A DNA stretch of 11,866 bases, from the NCBI GenBank assembly GCA_036679605.1, contig JAZDCZ010000401.1, positions 1-11,866 of the forward strand, in the 5' to 3' direction. Below, in pieces: positions 6,639 to 11,866 of this stretch. The number at the start of each line of letters is the position of its first letter. The first letter of the stretch is position 1. The position numbers and the translations under genes were made by a program. Source of the DNA: Gemmatimonadota bacterium. GTDB lineage: Bacteria; Gemmatimonadota; Gemmatimonadetes; Gemmatimonadales; GWC2-71-9. The notes under the pieces were generated by a model, which saw only the letters and a program-made list of their open reading frames with translations, was not told the origin of the DNA and did no database searches.

Positions 6639-8600
6639 TCACGGCTTGCAACTCACCCGTTTTCCGCTTCCGCCTTGCCTGCAGCGTGCGGCGGCAGTGA
6701 AACAGTCGTCGCCGATGTCGAGAACCGCTTCCAGGCCCGCCCCGGGGTCTTGAAGGCTCACGTCCCGGGCCTTGACACGCCACCGCTCTGTTCCGTCGTT
6801 GCGGACTTTAAGGCGGGCGCGCCTGATTCCTCCGGCGACCGCTCCGGTCGGATCGCGAAACGTGAAGCTCGTACCGGAAGGCCCCGCTCTAAAGGTACCC
6901 GCGGGAATCGTTGCGGTATAGACGGTGCCCGTCGCATCGGCCAGCACGACGCTGACGTCCTCGGACAAAGGGTCGAGTGCGCCATTCGCCGAGGCGGGGA
7001 GACTACCGCGAAGAAGCAAGGTGTCATCTGCGCCCCCGGGCCCACTGCTGAAAAACCCCAGACGGCCCCGCTTGAGTACCAGGTTCTGATCACGCCGGGT
7101 CGGGCAGAGATCGCAAAGATCACCGATCCCGTCGCCGTCGCTGTCGATCTGCTCGGGATCGGGAATGCCGGGGCAGGTGTCGGGGACAGATTTGAGGAAC
7201 TCCACCACATCGGCACGCTGTTCGTCCTTCCACTTGAGATCGAAAACAAACTCGTGACCCCGTACTCCACCTGGTTTGTCCGCCCCCGGTGGCGTGCCGG
7301 TGGCGATAAAACCTGGCTTCAGTCGGGCCTTGTCGAAAACTTCCTCGATCGTGGCGAGGGTTCCATCGTGAAAGTAGGGCGGCGTTGCCCACAGGTTGGC
7401 CAAGGGTGTGACACGGTAAAAGCCGGATGCGATGACACCCTTGGTCGTGAGATCGGGATCGGTGCCGATGACGCTGAGGGGAATCGGATCCAGGTTTGAG
7501 TAGCGACCCAGGTGTGGCGAATGGCAGTCGTCGCATCCCGAGTCGAAGAAAACGCGGCGTCCTCGCCGCGCAGCTATGGAATCCACGTTGGGGTTCTCGA
7601 TCAACTGGTCGAGCACGTAGCCGTACACCGCGAGCCCTTCCAGCTCCTCTGGCGTCGCCGGGCGTTGCGCCGCCTCGAGGTTCGCCGAGCCTGCATTGCG
7701 GGCGTCGATGCTTATCGCCAGTGCCGTAAACTCAAGGCGCGAGAATCCGGTTGTATAGAGGTGTGGTGGTATGTTGCTGGGATTGCAAGCGCTCCCCGTG
7801 ATGATCACCCCCACATCCAGCCGTCCCGGTCCCCAGTCCTGGAGACAATGCTTCTTGGCGGGGGAGAAGGATGGGGAGAACGCCAGCATGGCGCCCAGAT
7901 CGAGCTGGATATTGGGCAGCCCCTCGACCTCGGCGCCCGTCAGCGGATCGGTTCCCGTGTGACAGAAGACGCAGGTAGTTCCGTAACGAACGGTGCCCGT
8001 GCCGTCGAGCATCTTACGGATTCCGACCCAGCCACTGCTCAGGTTCCCGAGGGGGTCGAGCGTACCGGGTGTGTCTTCCGGTTCATCGGCGGGGATGAGC
8101 CCGAAGTTCTCCCCCTGGGCGAGGATAGTCTCCCACGGGATGCCCAACTGATCCGTCAGCACGACCTCGTTGCCAAAGGTCTCTTCCTCCCACCCCTCTT
8201 CCCCTAGTTCGATCGCATCGGCGAGCGCAACCCCGGTGACGGTGAAGGGAACTCCGTTGCTGTCTTCCCATTGGGTCAGCGTCAGGGTCTGGTCGCCGAA
8301 CGTGCGCAGCTTGGTGCTTTGCAGTGAGACCACCACTTTACCCGGGGTGGCTCGGGGAGGGACTTCAACGATGATCTGGCTGTCGGACCAAAGCTGGACG
8401 ACTTGAGCGTCGAGGAGATCGAAACTGACAGTACCGCCCCCCTGGACGGTTCCGAACCCGGCCCCCGTTATCGTCACCACCGTGTTCCAGGGCCCTGCCT
8501 GCGGGCTCACGTCGGTGATGTTCGGGCTGCATCTTGCCGGGGACGGGGCGAGCAAAAGAAAGCAAGGCAACAAGACGATCGCAACAATGGCCTTTTTCAC
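6639..8600 (-). CDS. Secreted multidomain di-haem c-type cytochrome: IPT/TIG + di-haem (CCP/MauG/RoxA-like) core + TSP3 Ca-binding repeat + C-terminal beta domain
   Basis: Signal peptide MKKAIVAIVLL. IPT motif PNITDVSPQAGPWNTVVTITGAGFG...WSDSQIIVEVP. CXXCH motifs CVFCH (7959-7973) and CDDCH (7521-7535). LWATPPYFHDGTLATIEEV and GHEF. DTCPGIPDPEQIDSDGDGIGDLCD (~7101-7181). SD GGAG before GTG. Confidence 0.85.
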   Translation of the reverse strand: MKKAIVAIVLLPCFLLLAPSPARCSPNITDVSPQAGPWNTVVTITGAGFGTVQGGGTVSFDLLDAQVVQLWSDSQIIVEVPPRATPGKVVVSLQSTKLRTFGDQTLTLTQWEDSNGVPFTVTGVALADAIELGEEGWEEETFGNEVVLTDQLGIPWETILAQGENFGLIPADEPEDTPGTLDPLGNLSSGWVGIRKMLDGTGTVRYGTTCVFCHTGTDPLTGAEVEGLPNIQLDLGAMLAFSPSFSPAKKHCLQDWGPGRLDVGVIITGSACNPSNIPPHLYTTGFSRLEFTALAISIDARNAGSANLEAAQRPATPEELEGLAVYGYVLDQLIENPNVDSIAARRGRRVFFDSGCDDCHSPHLGRYSNLDPIPLSVIGTDPDLTTKGVIASGFYRVTPLANLWATPPYFHDGTLATIEEVFDKARLKPGFIATGTPPGADKPGGVRGHEFVFDLKWKDEQRADVVEFLKSVPDTCPGIPDPEQIDSDGDGIGDLCDLCPTRRDQNLVLKRGRLGFFSSGPGGADDTLLLRGSLPASANGALDPLSEDVSVVLADATGTVYTATIPAGTFRAGPSGTSFTFRDPTGAVAGGIRRARLKVRNDGTERWRVKARDVSLQDPGAGLEAVLDIGDDCFTAAARCRQGGSGKRVSCKP

Positions 8601-8641
8601 ACGCGGACTCCTCCCCCCCCCCTTGTTTTGATAGTCAAGTG

Positions 8642-8666
8642 CACAGCCATGTCACAGCTATGTCAA
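8642..8666 (-). promoter_or_regulatory. Candidate promoter of the cytochrome gene with an 11-bp tandem direct repeat
   Basis: On the - strand TTGACA (8661-8666), 17 bp, TGCACT (8638-8643). It is overlapped by CACAGCCATGT/CACAGCTATGT (8642-8663, + strand). Confidence 0.45.
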
Positions 8667-8972
8667 CGATCATTCCTGCAACACCATGTGGAGAACTCCC
8701 CGAGGAGAAGCTGCCGACAGGCGCGGCTCTTGACCGGCGTGGTTATGGGCGACGACACGGGCCGGTCGGGTTTTCGCCCATCATTCTCCCTCTGCCGAGG
8801 GACCGACGAGCGGGCCATGACGGACAGAGGGTTGCCGTGTTGCATCCGAACAAACTGAGTCGCGAAGACTCCCATGCCGGCCCGATCTGTACCTGCTTGC
8901 TCCTTTAGTATCTTGAGAGGTCGAGGCCGAAGGTACAGGGCCCTATTGTACTCCAGTTCGCAGAGGGTAAAT

Positions 8973-11663
8973 GTGACAACTGATATGAGACGAACGTACG
9001 AAAGCTGTTCTGGCGCGCTCACTGCCTGCGCCGTTGTTGCGTTGACTTGCCTCGCTCCCGCGAGCGCATTTGCGCTGGAGACGATCTCGGGGATCATTCG
9101 TTCCGCGACTACCGGCGCACCGCTGCAGGGGATCGATCTTGATGTGTTTGACGCCTCGACCGGTAGAACGGTCGCTATAACCGGTGACACGACCGGCGCG
9201 GCCGGAAACTACACGGTGACGCTGCCCGGACCCGGATCCTACGTAATCCGCACCGATCCGACCGCCGCACAAGGAGTTGCCAGCCAGTACTACAACGGCG
9301 TCTTTCTGAAGAGTCAGGCCCAACCCATCGTAGCCGCTATCGGCTCGGCGACCATGGGAGTCGATTTCTCGCTCCCTGCCGGGGTCATCTTGAGCGGAAC
9401 GGTTACCTCCGGGGGACTAGGTATCGCGGGCGTCGACATCGACGTATTCGCGGACAACGGTGAGTTCCTGGGCGCGTATAACGCGAAAACCGCGGCCGAT
9501 GGCAGCTACGCGGTCGGCGCACTACCGCCGGGCAACTACGTCGTACGCGCCGACCCCGATATCGCGCTGAATACTCAACTATTCACCCGTACCTATTTCG
9601 CAGGTTCGGCAGACCTCCTGGGAGCAACTCTGATACCCGTAGGAACGACCGATGTCAGCGGAATCGACATGGCGTTGACGCCCGGTGGAACGATCAAAGG
9701 AGTCGTGACCGCCGCCGCAAGCGGGCTTCCGTTGGCCAACATAGACCTGGACCTTTTCGATCTCACGGGCAAACGAATCAACGTACAGGCCAAGAGCGAC
9801 CTCATTGGTCTGTACGAGATCGGCGCCGTTCCAAGCGGCAGCTATCTCCTTCGGGTGGATCCGAGCCTTGCGCAAGGCTACGCACGCACGTACTACGTCT
9901 CGTCTGCCGCCGAAAGCAGTGCAGCACCGATCGCTGTGGTGGCAGGATCCCGCACAGGCAATGTCGACTTCGCAATCGCAGATGGCGGCACGCTCAGTGG
10001 CACTATCCGAGCGTCGGGTATCGGAACGCCTTTAGCGAATATCGACCTCGACCTCTTTGATTCGTTCGGCAGCTTCCTCGCGACCTACACCGCAAAGACC
10101 GACGTGGCGGGTAATTACCAGATGGGCCCGTTGGCGCCGGGGACTTATTTCATACGAGCGGATCCGACTGTCGCCCAGGGTTATGCCGACCAGTTCTGGC
10201 CCGCCGCAGTCGATCTAGTGTTCGCCAGCGCCGTCACCATCAGCGTCGGCGCCGATACCGCGTTGATTGATTTCGACCTCGTCTCCGGGAGCGCGGTCAC
10301 AGGCACCGTGCGTGATATTGGCGGGATGGCGCTGTCCGGAATCGACCTGGATCTATTCGATGCTGCCACCGGCAGTCGACTTCGCCAGGGATCCACCAGT
10401 ACCGTCGATGGTACCTATCGCTTCGATTCACTCGCGCCGGGCGGATATCTGGTCCGAGCTGACCCCACGGGTATCCAGGGATTCGCCCGCCAGTACTTCA
10501 ACGGTCAGTTGGCCAAGGCGGTTGCCGATGTCGTTGTGACAGGAGCCGGCGCGGCGACTACCGGCGTCGATTTCGCACTTGACCTAGCCGGAACCTTATC
10601 CGGGCAGGTCCTCGATGCAGGCGGGGTGCCCGTGGCCGGTATGGATATGGACGTATTTAACGGACAGGGTCTAGGCGCCATTCGAATGGACCAGCCGGCG
10701 GTCACCGACGTAACGGGCAACTACTTATTCGAAGCTCTACCGCCGGGAAACTACATCGTGCGCGCAGATCCCGATCCGGCGGTGTCGCTACCAGTGTATC
10801 ACCCGGCAACAACCGATCCCGCACTGGCCACGCTCATCCCGCTGGCACCCGGGCAGGCCGCCGTAGGCAAGAACGTCACGCTTGGCACAACGCTTTCTTC
10901 CGCTCAGAGCACCGCCCAACAGTCATGCCTCACCGCGTTACACAAGGACCTCGCCAGGGTCGACAAGACCCAGGGACGCGAGATTCTACGCTGTATCAAA
11001 AAGAAGGCCGGCGGCAAACTGAGCGGTACGGTGGAGAATTGCATCATCCAAGACGCCAAAGGCAAGCTCGCCAAAGCTGCGTCAAGAACGGTATCTGACT
11101 TCAACAGACGTTGTGTGGCTCAATTGCCCACGATTGGAGCGACGGATCCGCAAGTCGTCAACGATGTCGGGCGGCAAGAAGAGACGAACGTCGCACACCG
11201 GATGTTTGGCGTCGATCTGGACGTCGGGATCGTTACCTCTGCCAACGGCGCCACCCGTTCCGTCTCTAGTTGTCAGCTCGCGCTGTCCAAGCAAGCGGCA
11301 AAGTGCAGTCTGACCAGGATTAGTGGGTTCTCACGTTGCCTAAAAAACGGACTAAAGAGCGCTGCGGTCGTGTCCGCCGGCACACTGTCGAGCTGCCTGG
11401 ACCAAGATCCGGCCGGACGGATAGCCAAGGCCTGCGGCCCGGTCGCCGGCAAGCTCGGGCGCATAATAGGAAGCCGCTGCAACCTTGCACCTGCAGAACT
11501 TTCCGCAGCCCTTCCCGGCTGCGCAGGAGCTACCGCTGGTGTAGCTGAGTGCGTCGACGGCATACTCGCATGCAGCGTATGCACCGGCCTCAACACCGCC
11601 GACGCCCTCGGCCGTGACTGCGACCTTTACGACGACGGCACGGCTAACTCGAGCTGCCAGTAG
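8973..11663 (+). CDS. Large secreted protein: six ~100-aa carboxypeptidase-regulatory-like (prealbumin/Cna-B-type) beta-sandwich repeats plus a Cys-rich helical C-terminal domain
   Basis: Signal peptide ending APASAFA|L. The repeat consensus GxxxGxV..GxPLxxIDLDxFD..T..GxY...LxPGxYxxRxDP..QGxAxxY..DFxL occurs six times. The last ~250 aa contain 16 Cys. Start is probably GTG 8973 (SD GAGGG 8963-8967) or ATG 8985 rather than 8874. Confidence 0.85.
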   Translation: MTTDMRRTYESCSGALTACAVVALTCLAPASAFALETISGIIRSATTGAPLQGIDLDVFDASTGRTVAITGDTTGAAGNYTVTLPGPGSYVIRTDPTAAQGVASQYYNGVFLKSQAQPIVAAIGSATMGVDFSLPAGVILSGTVTSGGLGIAGVDIDVFADNGEFLGAYNAKTAADGSYAVGALPPGNYVVRADPDIALNTQLFTRTYFAGSADLLGATLIPVGTTDVSGIDMALTPGGTIKGVVTAAASGLPLANIDLDLFDLTGKRINVQAKSDLIGLYEIGAVPSGSYLLRVDPSLAQGYARTYYVSSAAESSAAPIAVVAGSRTGNVDFAIADGGTLSGTIRASGIGTPLANIDLDLFDSFGSFLATYTAKTDVAGNYQMGPLAPGTYFIRADPTVAQGYADQFWPAAVDLVFASAVTISVGADTALIDFDLVSGSAVTGTVRDIGGMALSGIDLDLFDAATGSRLRQGSTSTVDGTYRFDSLAPGGYLVRADPTGIQGFARQYFNGQLAKAVADVVVTGAGAATTGVDFALDLAGTLSGQVLDAGGVPVAGMDMDVFNGQGLGAIRMDQPAVTDVTGNYLFEALPPGNYIVRADPDPAVSLPVYHPATTDPALATLIPLAPGQAAVGKNVTLGTTLSSAQSTAQQSCLTALHKDLARVDKTQGREILRCIKKKAGGKLSGTVENCIIQDAKGKLAKAASRTVSDFNRRCVAQLPTIGATDPQVVNDVGRQEETNVAHRMFGVDLDVGIVTSANGATRSVSSCQLALSKQAAKCSLTRISGFSRCLKNGLKSAAVVSAGTLSSCLDQDPAGRIAKACGPVAGKLGRIIGSRCNLAPAELSAALPGCAGATAGVAECVDGILACSVCTGLNTADALGRDCDLYDDGTANSSCQ
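9081..10885 (+). repeat. Six tandem ~300-bp diverged coding repeats
   Basis: Motifs IDLDVFD, VDIDVFA, IDLDLFD (x3) and MDMDVFN, each followed by RxDP, recur about every 100 aa. Confidence 0.85.
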
Positions 11664-11866
11664 GAAACTGACCAACCGAGTCCGAACCTAGACCGGAATG
11701 CCACTACCTCTGCTCGGCGGTAACGTAAGCGCTCCGGCGCGGTGCGTTGACTACGGCGCCGGAGAAAGCCTATGGACAGACAGGGCAATTGCGGGCTACC
11801 GACTGCCCGACGGTGAACTCTAGAACCCGCAGGGCATCGCTTGCCGAGATCGCACCGGAGTTGTCC

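Noticed and set aside
6591..8207. Long plus-strand ORFs (302 aa and 231 aa)
   Set aside because: Antisense shadows of the di-haem gene, as expected in GC-rich DNA. The same applies to the other nested ORFs in tyrS and the two other large genes.
8848..8875. CAAACT-GAGTC-GCGAA-GACTC hairpin as a c-di-GMP-I riboswitch
   Set aside because: Only a 5-bp stem; the GACGCAAA and P2 elements are missing.
11725..11740. GTAAGCGCTCCGG as an IS66 left end
   Set aside because: It does not pair in orientation with the end at 5459, no tnpA-like sequence is visible before the window ends, and it overlaps a local hairpin.

Overview
GC-rich bacterial window. The style of the secreted proteins suggests a deltaproteobacterial/Binatota-like organism, which is inference only. 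It opens with housekeeping genes: the 3' end of a 5-formyltetrahydrofolate cyclo-ligase gene, then tyrS. This TyrS lacks the whole KMSKS catalytic loop (in-frame gap at 918/919). A decayed accessory patch follows (~1500-6200). It holds a 5'-deleted HigB-like toxin fused to its own promoter/operator, an intact HigA-like antitoxin, and an IS66 remnant with its terminal repeat. It also holds two ~85-bp direct repeats (2020-2104, 4789-4874), each built around a dif/XerCD-like 28-bp site. These repeats bracket a secreted beta-helix gene and two gene fragments. The right half encodes a DUF4870-like membrane protein and two divergent secreted multidomain proteins: an IPT/di-haem cytochrome c/TSP3 protein, and a six-repeat beta-sandwich protein with a Cys-rich tail. 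The best candidates for novelty are the dif-like-bounded 2.8-kb module and the KMSKS-less TyrS. I saw no tRNA, rRNA or CRISPR array.
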